DNA from: a virus
IMG/VR virus record: IMGVR_UViG_3300047494_000104
Location: 4,343-68,342 of that record
Direction: 5' to 3' (one strand)
Length of the DNA: 64,000 nucleotides
The number at the start of each line of letters is the position of its first letter. Within the stretch, counting starts at the first letter, position 1. The notes below the pieces were generated by a model. It saw only the letters and a list, made by a program, of their open reading frames with translations. It was not told the DNA's origin and did not search any database. A program made the position numbers and the translations under genes. Of the stretch, positions 8,581 to 17,991 are shown piece after piece.

Positions 8581-9290
8581 CAAATTACGCGAAACATGCC
8601 CCACGAGCCGTTGCACTCGGGGCGATATTCAAAGATGCCAACGCCGAAGCCAGCGACGTTGAAGAGGTTGGTGATCTGGCCGGGCGTGATCACCCGCGAG
8701 TTGTACTCGACGAGGAACTTCACCCGCCAGGTCGGGAATTGAGCGCGAAACCGAATGTCGGACGTGCCCATGCCGACGCGGACCATGTCCGAACGCATCG
8801 AAGCGCCGTGCTTGCGCTCGAATTCGATCTCGTTCCAATACTTGGAATCTTCTTCGGTGATCGGCGTTTTGATCTCCGGCACTTCGATCTTGAGCATGTC
8901 GCCCTTGATGTGGAACGCCCGGCGCATCGCCGTCTTCTGGAGTTCGACGTCGTTCGCCGCGGTTACCGCCGCGTTCTTGAGCGACACGGCCGGAATTCCG
9001 AATCCCGATCCGTCCGGAAGACGATAGAGCGACGCCTTAAAGTCCTCCACCGGATTCCGCTTTTCGCGGCCCTTGCTGGCCTCGCCGAGCTGCTTGTCGA
9101 GCATCATCTTCTTGGCCTTTTCGCTCCAGGCGTGTACGACGAGTTGAGACGTTCCCTCGATCGTGACCTGAAAGGTAATCAGGTCAAGGCGGACGTCTTG
9201 GATTTGCAGCATCTCCGCAACGAGCTTTCCGCCTTTCGGCGTCGATCCGTTACGGGTTGCTTTGAGTTTGGGTGCTGATTTGACTGGCAT
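8580..9290 (-). CDS. Stand-alone Cas7/RAMP-like protein (Vipr-like)
   Basis: N-terminal strand VTIEGTSQLVVH, IPAVSLKNA (cf. RAMP IPGSSLKG), C-terminal G-rich loop AGFGVGIFEYRPECNGSWGMF; abuts the array. Confidence 0.8.
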   Translation of the reverse strand: MPVKSAPKLKATRNGSTPKGGKLVAEMLQIQDVRLDLITFQVTIEGTSQLVVHAWSEKAKKMMLDKQLGEASKGREKRNPVEDFKASLYRLPDGSGFGIPAVSLKNAAVTAANDVELQKTAMRRAFHIKGDMLKIEVPEIKTPITEEDSKYWNEIEFERKHGASMRSDMVRVGMGTSDIRFRAQFPTWRVKFLVEYNSRVITPGQITNLFNVAGFGVGIFEYRPECNGSWGMFRVI

Positions 9291-9792
9291 GTTGTTCCTT
9301 TGGTTCTTTGTTAATCACGAATTCGACGAACATCGTCAGCGTCGTGAGCGCGAAGGCGATGCCTAAAGTGTAGATAATGGTGGCGACGAAGCGGTCGGCT
9401 CGATCGTGCGCGCAGAGGTTGGGTTTCTTCATAAAAGTTGGAGTTCGCCGCATGCAATCCGCGCGCGCTGGAGAAGTCGATTGCCGATCGAGTCGACGAC
9501 CTTGGGGCAATAGGTCGGAAGCATCGAGGACGTACAGAGCCGCCAATACGCTCCGACGCGGGTGAAGCATTCGTACTCCAGCTTGCCGTCATCGTCTCGG
9601 AAAGCCTCTGCCCTGAACCACACGCTATCGATCTCGAATTCCTCGCTCGAAATGATGCCGAGGTTCATGCCATTGGCATATTGGAGCTTGGCTTTGCTCA
9701 CTCGCGCCCCCTCGACGAGGGCGCGAGTCCGAGCCATTGCAAGCCGCGCGCATCCAAGCGATTCCCTGCCGAGGGATGCCATTGAGCGGACG

Positions 9793-10668
9793 TCATGCAG
9801 CCTCCGGTATTGGACCGAGCATTTCAAGAATATTCGACGCCCTTTGCAGCGCCTCTTTCCTGGTGAAAACGTCGTCGCGGATTTCGTCGGGACGCAGCTT
9901 TCCGATAGATCCCATAATCTCGCGGCGGACCTGCTCGAGGCGTTGGTCCCCGGTGACATTGAGCGAGGGAATCAAATCGCAAATCTCGCGGATGTTCCCA
10001 ACCAGAGAATCTCGAAATACTGCCGGCTTTCCATCGGATCCCTTCTCGTTCAACTTATTAACGAAGTTTGCCAGCTTCTCGCCGAGCCGGGCGTAGAGCT
10101 CGTTCTCGGCCGCCTTTTCGGCTTCGCTGATGCGCTCACTGATCTCGCGCCGCATGGATTCGATCTCCTGGGCCGGCAGGTCGACGCGAATGTCGCCGCC
10201 GTCGGGAACCGGTGCCCGAATGATGCGAAACGAGAAGTGACTCGCGATCGTGGTCTCATCGGGATAGTCCGCTTCGTTGAACGTGCCGTTGAGATCGATG
10301 CGCGCTTGGCGCAGCTTCTCTGGCCACTTGGCGCAAAACCCGGCGGCCGCTACTTCGCCCTTTTCGATCAGGCCGCGGATGTTCTTCATGTAAACGTCGT
10401 GGTGCTTGCCGGGCAGCATGCGGGCTCCGTCGTCACCCCACGGCACGGTATTTTCGCGGTGGAACGTTCGGATCTCGGAGACGATCTTGTTGACCATCTG
10501 GAGGTCGGGATCTTCCTTCGACACCAAACGCTTCACCACGCGCAGGGCATCGCTCTTGGTCCGGTGATTTTCGCTCACCTCCGTGGTGAGCTTCTTGTCC
10601 GTCTTCGTGCCGGAAAACACGCTGATCTTGAGGTTGACCAGCAAACAGCTATCCGAGATTTTGGGCAT
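9793..10668 (-). CDS. DUF3150-like protein, often near phage MoxR-vWA modules
   Basis: LVNLKIS, TVPWGDDGARMLP, FNEADYP, FRDSLVGN, LNVTGD. Confidence 0.65.
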   Translation of the reverse strand: MPKISDSCLLVNLKISVFSGTKTDKKLTTEVSENHRTKSDALRVVKRLVSKEDPDLQMVNKIVSEIRTFHRENTVPWGDDGARMLPGKHHDVYMKNIRGLIEKGEVAAAGFCAKWPEKLRQARIDLNGTFNEADYPDETTIASHFSFRIIRAPVPDGGDIRVDLPAQEIESMRREISERISEAEKAAENELYARLGEKLANFVNKLNEKGSDGKPAVFRDSLVGNIREICDLIPSLNVTGDQRLEQVRREIMGSIGKLRPDEIRDDVFTRKEALQRASNILEMLGPIPEAA

Positions 10669-10688
10669 AATTGATGTTTTGTTAGTGT

Positions 10689-10919
10689 TTAGTTATTCCC
10701 GGAAACGCTTCCTGCATTGCCGGTGAAATTATTGAACCGATCGACCATGACTTGGGACATCCTGGAAATCTCGAGCAATCCTTCCGAAATGCTCGCGACC
10801 GTCTTGGATTGGTCCATGACCGTCTTCCCATCGGCGCTCAGCTTCATTTCGAGCGTGGGCAGTTGGTCAAAAGGCGCAGTGAGTCGGAACTTAAAAACGT
10901 GGGGGGGCGGTTTGGACAT
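10689..10919 (-). CDS. Hypothetical protein
   Basis: Abuts the clamp gene. Confidence 0.55.
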   Translation of the reverse strand: MSKPPPHVFKFRLTAPFDQLPTLEMKLSADGKTVMDQSKTVASISEGLLEISRMSQVMVDRFNNFTGNAGSVSGNN

Positions 10920-12143
10920 TTACGAGACCCTCATCGGCATGATGACGATCTTCTGGTCGTAGTCGTTGGGACTGTCGATCGTGATCGGCGCCATCTCGTT
11001 CTCGAAATTCATCGTGACGCGGCCGCTGGTGAGCGATTCGAGCGCCTCCTGCAGGAACGTCGCGTTGAGCGAGATCTTGAGCCGCTTCGTCATTCGGCCA
11101 TAGAACGTGCAGGCGCCGACGGATTTGCCCTTGTCCGGAATCTTCTGCTCGAGCTCGACGACGTGGTTGAAAAAGTCGAAGCTCATCGTGTCGTTGTTGC
11201 AGCCCTTCATCCGGGTGGATTTGATGGCGGCGATGAACTTCTCGCGGGGAAGCTCGACCCAGTCCTTCAGTGACGTCGGAATCACTTGGCGCCAGTTCGG
11301 GAAGTTTCCCTCGATGAGCTTGGAAGTGATGATCGTGTCGACGAGGTGGAAGCGAATGAAGCCGGGCCAGGTCGCGTAATCCTTGGCGCCCTCCGGCTTT
11401 TCACTACGTTCCGACTGATGGCTGATCAGAAGGTCTGTCGGGATGCGCTTCTTGAGCTTCTCCAGCATGTAGACCGTGGCGTCGGGAATGATCGCGTTGA
11501 TGTCATTCGGAACAGGTCCGCCCAGGCTGATGCTGGAAGTGGCCAAGCGCCGGCCGTCCGTGGCGATCATAGTGGTGGACATCGGCCGTTCCGGAATCTC
11601 TTTGACGAAAGGCTTACCGTCGGAATCTTTGGCCTTCTCCTTGCGGGCCGGCTGATAGGTCAGGTGCTCAAAGCAGATGCCGTTGAGCACATACCGCGAG
11701 GCGTCCTTCGACATGGCGTAGGAGGTGAGCCGGAGTGCGTCTTGAAAGACCTGGCCGGACATGCCGAAGATCGTCGCGTCCTTGAGCTTAATGGACGGCG
11801 GGACGTCGTTCACATCGAACATGAGAGCTTCCATCCGCTGGCCGCCACAGATGACCTCGACGATGTTCTTCGTCTTCACCAAGAATGTGACGGTCTCCTC
11901 ATTGGCGCCGGCGACGAAAGCCCGGAGATCCTTCCACGGCAGAACGATGTTGAGATCGCCCTCGCACTGGAGGAACGTCTCGATCGTGGAGTCGAGGTTG
12001 GTGGTGGCGAGCGTGAGCACACGGCCCAGCGCGTTGATATGGACCGCGTCGAGTATGGGCAGCGTCGATCCCTTACCCTTCTTGTTCACGGCCAGCCCGA
12101 CAATGTCGAGCGCCGCCAGTATCAACTTGCGTGATGTTTGCAT
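10920..12143 (-). CDS. dnaN: DNA polymerase III beta sliding clamp homolog
   Basis: TLPIL, LATTNLD, SRYVLNGI, IATDGRRLA, KLIEGNFPNWRQVIP, C-terminal VIMPMR. Confidence 0.92.
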   Translation of the reverse strand: MQTSRKLILAALDIVGLAVNKKGKGSTLPILDAVHINALGRVLTLATTNLDSTIETFLQCEGDLNIVLPWKDLRAFVAGANEETVTFLVKTKNIVEVICGGQRMEALMFDVNDVPPSIKLKDATIFGMSGQVFQDALRLTSYAMSKDASRYVLNGICFEHLTYQPARKEKAKDSDGKPFVKEIPERPMSTTMIATDGRRLATSSISLGGPVPNDINAIIPDATVYMLEKLKKRIPTDLLISHQSERSEKPEGAKDYATWPGFIRFHLVDTIITSKLIEGNFPNWRQVIPTSLKDWVELPREKFIAAIKSTRMKGCNNDTMSFDFFNHVVELEQKIPDKGKSVGACTFYGRMTKRLKISLNATFLQEALESLTSGRVTMNFENEMAPITIDSPNDYDQKIVIMPMRVS

Positions 12144-12162
12144 CGTTATCCTTTCGTTTACG

Positions 12163-12176
12163 TCATTACGTAATGA
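12163..12176. promoter_or_regulatory. 14-bp palindrome TCATTACGTAATGA (copy 1 of 7)
   Basis: Perfect palindrome about 20 nt upstream of the clamp start. Confidence 0.7.
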
Positions 12177-12181
12177 TTTGG

Positions 12182-12817
12182 TTATTCTTCACCGTTCAAA
12201 ATTTGCTCGGTCCTATACTCGATCGCCGCCTCGTATTCGAGATCGTGGAGACGGTCGAGCTGGCGGTAGATGCCGCGGTTGATCCGGCGCATCCACTCCT
12301 TAATGAGATCCTCGGCATCTAATTGCCAAGCCGTAGTCGCCTCACAAGTCCGGCCGTGAATTTCGCCATAAAATTCTTCTTGGACATCCACTGAGGTGCT
12401 GCATTCGTGAACGTAGCGGAAACCTCGGTCCCTTATAATTCGGAATGTCGTGCCATCGCGAATTTCATCCACGGCCATAAAACCTCGGCGCGGATATTCG
12501 TTGCGCAGTCGAGCGACGGCTTGGTCGTGCGTAATGGCGGCGTCAATCGCCAGCACGTGCTCCATCGACATTGGAAGCGGCCTCCATCCGCAAGTGAAGC
12601 TGGCGCCGTCTCCTTGGCTGCAAAAGCCGGAGAACTGGATATCGACGCCGGGGAATCCGGCACGCTCAAGTCGCTTTTCCCACTTAGCGAGAATCCCCTT
12701 AGCCCAGTCGTCGGGGATGTAGTGGTAAGCATCCTTCTCGGCAATGCGGCGCGCTTCGGCTTCGTCCATTTCGATCGCGAGGTCAGAGTGGCTCATTGTT
12801 CCCACCTCGATAGCCAA
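12182..12817 (-). CDS. Hypothetical phage protein
   Basis: IQFSGFCSQGDGASF and IYRQL..EY motifs; long ORF in operon. Confidence 0.7.
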   Translation of the reverse strand: MAIEVGTMSHSDLAIEMDEAEARRIAEKDAYHYIPDDWAKGILAKWEKRLERAGFPGVDIQFSGFCSQGDGASFTCGWRPLPMSMEHVLAIDAAITHDQAVARLRNEYPRRGFMAVDEIRDGTTFRIIRDRGFRYVHECSTSVDVQEEFYGEIHGRTCEATTAWQLDAEDLIKEWMRRINRGIYRQLDRLHDLEYEAAIEYRTEQILNGEE

Positions 12818-13170
12818 TATGTGTAATTCCCGTATTCGAGATCAATGTCCTCGGTCTCATGGTCTGGTAAAAAATTCTCGAGATCCTCCATCGCGCCGGA
12901 ACCTGATTCGGCCGTGTTTCCGTCATAGACCCGGACTTCATCGGCCGTTAGCGCCTCGTATTCGCGGCGGTCCCATTCGCCGATCGAGTTGCCGGTGATG
13001 ACGAGGTTGAAGAGCTGTTCTCCATCGGGAATCGCGGTCTCGATGTTATGGAAGCCGAGAAAGTTCAGGGCGGCGCGGAATTCAGCGGCGTCTCTGGGGT
13101 CTTTGGCAATCCATGCCTTCTGGATTTCGTCGGGATCGCTTTCGTAGATCGTGGTGGTGAAGCGTGTCAT
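12793..13170 (-). CDS. Acidic hypothetical protein
   Basis: Start MTRFTT at 13170; acidic composition. Confidence 0.6.
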   Translation of the reverse strand: MTRFTTTIYESDPDEIQKAWIAKDPRDAAEFRAALNFLGFHNIETAIPDGEQLFNLVITGNSIGEWDRREYEALTADEVRVYDGNTAESGSGAMEDLENFLPDHETEDIDLEYGNYTYWLSRWEQ

Positions 13171-13174
13171 AATT

Positions 13175-13582
13175 TTATTCAACAATGGGCAAGCAGAGGG
13201 CGCCGCAGTGAGGGCATTCGCCACTCGGAAAAATGTCGCCAGGCGCGATACGACTCCAAATGTCGTGAACCGGCAGAAGATCCAGATCGGGGTACTGACG
13301 GCCGCAATCTTGGCATTCGTTCGTTTTTTCCGGAAGCTTGACGCCAAAGCTCTTCTCAATTTCCGGCGCCACTTCCTCGATCACCTCGGCGTCGTGGTGC
13401 ATGGAGGCTATACGCAGGCAATTATCGAAGGATGGCATCTGCTCGCCCTGATCGCAGGCATGCATGAGGTCGGTCAGGATGTCGGTGACCAAGACGTCAA
13501 ATTCGGCATGCACGTCCCCAAAGAGTCCGCGGGCATGGGCGATGATGATCTCGCCGAGTTCGGCGCGTTCTTTGTTGGTCAT
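13175..13582 (-). CDS. Hypothetical protein with C-terminal Zn ribbon
   Basis: TDILTDLMHACD; CQDC...RIAPGDIFPSGECPHCGALC. Confidence 0.7.
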   Translation of the reverse strand: MTNKERAELGEIIIAHARGLFGDVHAEFDVLVTDILTDLMHACDQGEQMPSFDNCLRIASMHHDAEVIEEVAPEIEKSFGVKLPEKTNECQDCGRQYPDLDLLPVHDIWSRIAPGDIFPSGECPHCGALCLPIVE

Positions 13583-14010
13583 GGGATTTTGGGCTGATGT
13601 TTGGATGCAAGACGAGCGCTGTGCTTCAGGACGCGGGAAAGCATCTGGATGGCCTGACATTCCTTCTCAGGATCAGGGAATAGATCGACGACGGCCTGCG
13701 CTGCTTGCTCGACGGTCGGAACTCTGGCGCCATCAAAAAGGATGTTTTCGCGGCAGTCTTCTCTCCAGCTATCGACGGGCTCTTCATATCCGATTCCGCC
13801 CTTCCCGTCATCGTACCAATAGCCAAGATCCAAAATGTCGAACCCGGCCGGAAGTGAAGCGTGGGCCGGCATGTCCTTCCAGTATGCGAGATACTCCGTG
13901 AAGTTGAATCGGATCACCCTCAGACCATCGGACTTAGATAGCTCTTGGCTAACCCACCCGTCGCTGTCGGCTATAAATTCGCCGTGCGAGCTGCCGATAT
14001 TGTGGTTCAC
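13579..14010 (-). CDS. Hypothetical protein
   Basis: FDILDLGYW motif; ATGA overlap. Confidence 0.6.
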   Translation of the reverse strand: MNHNIGSSHGEFIADSDGWVSQELSKSDGLRVIRFNFTEYLAYWKDMPAHASLPAGFDILDLGYWYDDGKGGIGYEEPVDSWREDCRENILFDGARVPTVEQAAQAVVDLFPDPEKECQAIQMLSRVLKHSARLASKHQPKIP

Positions 14011-15012
14011 GATTTATTTTCTCCGGTAAAGGTTGAGAGCTTTCTGCAGCTCGGCGATGAGACGGATATGTCCCAGGACGATGCGCTCTTCGCGGCGCTG
14101 GCGTTGGTAGGCGTTCATATTTTTGTTGGGATAGTGATAATTTCCAGCTCGGTGACGAGGTCTATGGTCAACGATTCCTCTTTGCTTGGCTCATAGTTAA
14201 GATCCAGTGCCTTGACCACTTGCTTTTCGCTCGGTAAACGACAGCACCGGACGTGATAGACGCTGATTCCGAAACGGTGTTCGTGGGCTACGGAGTATAG
14301 GAGAAGTTTCACTTGCCGCCTTTCTTGCGTCCGTACAGCAGGAAGCCGATGAAGACGCCGATGATGATCCACACGTTAGTAGTCCTCTCCGGGCAAGTCC
14401 TCGAATCCCATGCGGGTGATCTGCTGGCCGCCGGAATTGAACATGCGCTGGCAGCTTTCGCACTGCTCGTCCTTGCCGGGTTGCCAGAAGGTGATCTCGG
14501 CACCGCAAATGCAAGTGGCGACTCCGGGCTTCCAGTCGCCGAGGTCGTTGCGGTGACCGCGTTGGGTGAATTCGAGGCTCATGGGTTTATTTCGATGAGA
14601 TACTGGTGACACTTGGCGCCTTCGTTCTCGGTGCCATCGGCAGGAGCGACATCATAGCCGCCCTCAGTGCCGGCGTTGATATGGGCGACTTCCTTCCGGC
14701 ACTCGGCCCGCGTGGCGAAGATCTCGACCATTCCAGTCTCGCTATCGCGGAGATCGTGGTAATCGGCTTGGACCTTCCATCCATGCGGGTGACGAGTGCT
14801 CACGGCCTTAGTTCTTGATCCACTTGCCGTCGTCGCGCTGGTGCCAGCCGGGGCGATTGCTCGGCGGGCACTGCGACTTGGCGGGCGGCATGATGGGTTT
14901 GTCCAGGCCGTTCGTGGCGGGCGGTTCCGCGTGGAGGAAGCCAGCGGAAACAACGATGATGAGGATGATTTTTTTCATAGGTGCGGATGATAACTGATTC
15001 GACGCCGTCGGC

Positions 15013-15195
15013 CTAGTTCTTGATGTAGGCGTTCAGGCCCACGACGAGCGGCTTGCCGTCGACCTTGACGTCGTTCAGCGTCATGTTGCCGCCGGAGCTG
15101 GCGACGATGCGCGACTTGCCGGACTTGGACGCTTCGGGCGTCGCGTTGACCGGAATTTGGAGTGTGAGGATACCGTCTTTGATGGATGCTTTCAT
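15013..15195 (-). CDS. Small conserved phage protein
   Basis: SKSGKSRIVASSGGN...VGLNAY; RBS AAAGGAA; strong codon bias. Confidence 0.75.
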   Translation of the reverse strand: MKASIKDGILTLQIPVNATPEASKSGKSRIVASSGGNMTLNDVKVDGKPLVVGLNAYIKN

Positions 15196-15224
15196 GCTGT
15201 TCCTTTCGTAGCGTCACGTAAGAA

Positions 15225-15238
15225 TCATTACGTAATGA
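15225..15238. promoter_or_regulatory. 14-bp palindrome TCATTACGTAATGA (copy 2)
   Basis: Intergenic, perfect. Confidence 0.7.
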
Positions 15239-15264
15239 CGCAGTGGTTTATGTGGTGAGAAAAC

Positions 15265-16107
15265 TCAGGCGGCCTTCGCCTTCGAGCGAATCGCGAATTC
15301 CTTTTCGACAACGATGTCGGCCAGGACCATGAAGTCCTTGGCGAGGAGAACGAAGTCGGCTTCCGCCAGCTCGGCAAAGATGTTCTGCAAGCTGTCGATG
15401 AGACCGCGGCCGTCGGCGAGAGTGACTTCCTTGCGGGGCATCTCGACGATGTTGGACACTTCCGGTTCCTTCGCCGGGGCAGGAGTGGCAACAGGCTTCG
15501 TCTCCAGCGTGGTGACGTCCTTGCGCTCCGGCTCGGTCAGGTGGGTGATCTTCTCGCCCTTCTTGGTCACGTCCGGGGCGGGCTCTTCCTTCTTCGGGTC
15601 CGGCTTCTTCTCCGGTTCCTTGGTGGGCTCGGCGGCCTTGGGCTTCTCGGCCAGGCGCTTCGAGGTCTCGTCGGACGTTTCCTTGTGCTCGGCGATGTGT
15701 TCGATCTCGTCGAGGTTCCCGGCGGCCACCAGCGGGCCGACGTTGACGGCGCCCTTGACCTTGATCGCGGCATTGATCTCCACGAAGGTCGCGTAGCTGA
15801 GCTTGTCGAATTGCTGTTCGGTGACGAGCTTGCGCACGACGAGATCGTCCCAGACGCGGACGGCCTGCATGGCGTTGTTGATGGTGGACGTACGGATGCC
15901 CTTCTTTCCGAGCAGACCGTGGATGGTCTGGGACTTGGTCATGGTGCCTCGGATATGCACGATGAGCTTGGCGGATTCTTTGAACATATTGCTCACAGAT
16001 ACGGTTCGGTCGGCGAACAAGTTGACGGCATCGGCCTGATTCAACTTGGAGATGGCTTCCATCGACATGACGGAAGCGGCTGGCACTGCGTTGGCTTTTT
16101 TGGCCAT
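15265..16107 (-). CDS. Hypothetical protein with K/E/P-rich linker
   Basis: RBS AAAGGAACC; strong codon bias. Confidence 0.8.
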   Translation of the reverse strand: MAKKANAVPAASVMSMEAISKLNQADAVNLFADRTVSVSNMFKESAKLIVHIRGTMTKSQTIHGLLGKKGIRTSTINNAMQAVRVWDDLVVRKLVTEQQFDKLSYATFVEINAAIKVKGAVNVGPLVAAGNLDEIEHIAEHKETSDETSKRLAEKPKAAEPTKEPEKKPDPKKEEPAPDVTKKGEKITHLTEPERKDVTTLETKPVATPAPAKEPEVSNIVEMPRKEVTLADGRGLIDSLQNIFAELAEADFVLLAKDFMVLADIVVEKEFAIRSKAKAA

Positions 16108-16328
16108 ATGGTTCCTTTGGTTGGTGGTTACTGAAAATCGGTCGGTACTCGCGGATGTCTCAGTTCGCGGTTATTAGCCGCTTGCATGCTATCGCTTTCC
16201 CGACGGTACGAGTTGGCGTTCTGACGCACTCACCCGTTCGATCCGGTTGCTGTCGGGCAATCCCGGTTCGTCTGGATTCCGCCTCCACCGGGTGACAAGC
16301 CCGGAATATGTGCGTTATCCCAAAGTGG

Positions 16329-16574
16329 TTACTGGCGCCGCTTGTCCGGAAAGCCGTCTGGACGATCGGGCATCGTGACGACCGGACGGTCTTCCTTGGA
16401 CTCGAAGTAATTCTGAATCTCCTGCGAGAGGGAGGTCAAGTCGGCGACTACCAAGCGAAGCGCGGCAGCTTCAGGCGTTGCGTCGAGCTTTTCGGTCGCT
16501 TCGGCTCGCGCCTCCAAAAGATCGGAACGGCGCTTGTACAGCGCGTCCCAAACGGGATCAGTGTCTTGTTTCAT
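16329..16574 (-). CDS. Hypothetical protein
   Basis: Start MKQDTD lies just after a variant palindrome at 16579-16592. Confidence 0.55.
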   Translation of the reverse strand: MKQDTDPVWDALYKRRSDLLEARAEATEKLDATPEAAALRLVVADLTSLSQEIQNYFESKEDRPVVTMPDRPDGFPDKRRQ

Positions 16575-16801
16575 AGGATCATTTCGTAATGATTGACCGA
16601 ATCGGCCAGGCATCCACCACGGGCGGACACCGTCGAGTTTCAAACTCGTGCCGTAATAGGAATTACAGGAAGCTTGCAAGCGTGCTCTATTGCCACGTTT
16701 CCAATCCGCTTCCCGTTTCCATCGTGAAAGTGAAAGACTCACTTCCATACTACCTAATAGTGAGACGCAAACTTATTCAGTTTCCCTCTCCCCATCATCA
16801 C

Positions 16802-16842
16802 AAAAGAAAAACTCTCACCCGCAGTTAAGCGAGTGAGAGTTT
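16802..16842 (-). terminator. Rho-independent terminator
   Basis: AACTCTCAC..GC / GC..GTGAGAGTT stem followed by TTTTCTTTT on the minus strand, downstream of the 16876 ORF. Confidence 0.75.
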
Positions 16843-16875
16843 AATCTCTCTTCTACCTAGTAGTGTCAGGCAAAC

Positions 16876-17991
16876 TTATTCGATGGCATGCATGTTCCAT
16901 GCCTCTGTTAGCTCTGTAGCGATGTTGGCAGGCTCCATCCGCAACAACTCCGCTCCCTTGGCGACATAGGCGCGGAAGTCCGCCACGATGTTACGCACCC
17001 GTTGTTTCGATGCGCCTAGATGCCCGGTAGACTGCCCTAGTGCTATTTGCTCCGCTAGGTCACAAGTGGCAATCATGGTGCGATATTTGGAGTATGCCTT
17101 ATGAGCCTTGCGCGCCTTCTCATGGGCATACATTGCCACTACGCATGCCCGGTAATGCGTCGCCATGGTCTCTACCTCGCTTTGTGCCGCTTGTTCCTCT
17201 AGGGACTCTCCCAGAGAGTCAGAGAGCAATTCAGCATCGATAGAGAGTCTATCGCCGAAAGTAGCGCACCCGTCATCCGATGGGAATGTCAGAGGTGCAT
17301 CATACTCTACAAGCTTAGACTGTATCTTGTGCATTCCGAGTGTGTCGCGCGCACCTTGGTAGAAGGCTTTGAACATGGGCGAACCCTTTTCGATGCGCTC
17401 GCCATGCCATTCCCCTTTCACAAGGGCTATCGCGAGGATTGTGCGCACTACGCTAATAACCTCCTGCCTATCGTGGAACGAAAGCACGATGTCTTTTCGG
17501 GAGACAAAGCGCGAGGGAAAATTACCTCCCGCGCGAGGTGAAGTTTTCATCATTCCCGCAATGGGATTAGGCACAATTTTCGCCACCATAATTTTGCGAT
17601 TACAAGGGCGGATGCGCGTAGGCACGTTTACCTCGAAATGCGGCACTTCGTTCATCCGCTTGGGTGTAGCAATTCTGTTGGCGATTACATTGCCGAGCTT
17701 TCCCGCAGTGCGATCTAGGAGGCGCGTAATGCGTAAATCCCTCGCGAGTTTCGCCCTCACTTCAGGAGAGCCAAGCTTCAGGAATTCCGCTCCCGGTCCG
17801 TGCGTGCGGATGTTACTGCGGGACCCGATGCGCGCTTTGCCCTTGGCTGGCGCAATATCCCTCCGATAACTGGGAGCGTTCTTTACCTTGCGTTCACTGC
17901 CCGGTTGCCAATCTGCCCGGTTTATCGTGCGAATATAGGAGTTGCTTTGTTTGCTGATTACCTCTGAGTTTTCGTTATTTGTCGTTGTCAT
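16876..17991 (-). CDS. Hypothetical protein with atypical codon usage
   Basis: Start MTTTNN after AAAGGA; AT-rich upstream region and own terminator. Confidence 0.7.
   Translation of the reverse strand: MTTTNNENSEVISKQSNSYIRTINRADWQPGSERKVKNAPSYRRDIAPAKGKARIGSRSNIRTHGPGAEFLKLGSPEVRAKLARDLRITRLLDRTAGKLGNVIANRIATPKRMNEVPHFEVNVPTRIRPCNRKIMVAKIVPNPIAGMMKTSPRAGGNFPSRFVSRKDIVLSFHDRQEVISVVRTILAIALVKGEWHGERIEKGSPMFKAFYQGARDTLGMHKIQSKLVEYDAPLTFPSDDGCATFGDRLSIDAELLSDSLGESLEEQAAQSEVETMATHYRACVVAMYAHEKARKAHKAYSKYRTMIATCDLAEQIALGQSTGHLGASKQRVRNIVADFRAYVAKGAELLRMEPANIATELTEAWNMHAIE

Noticed and set aside
8020-8742. Several overlapping ORFs across the array (8036-8662, 8074-8358, 8133-8483, 8267-8494, 8368-8742)
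   Set aside because: Low-complexity translations produced by the 5-nt periodic repeat; the period is incompatible with codon structure.
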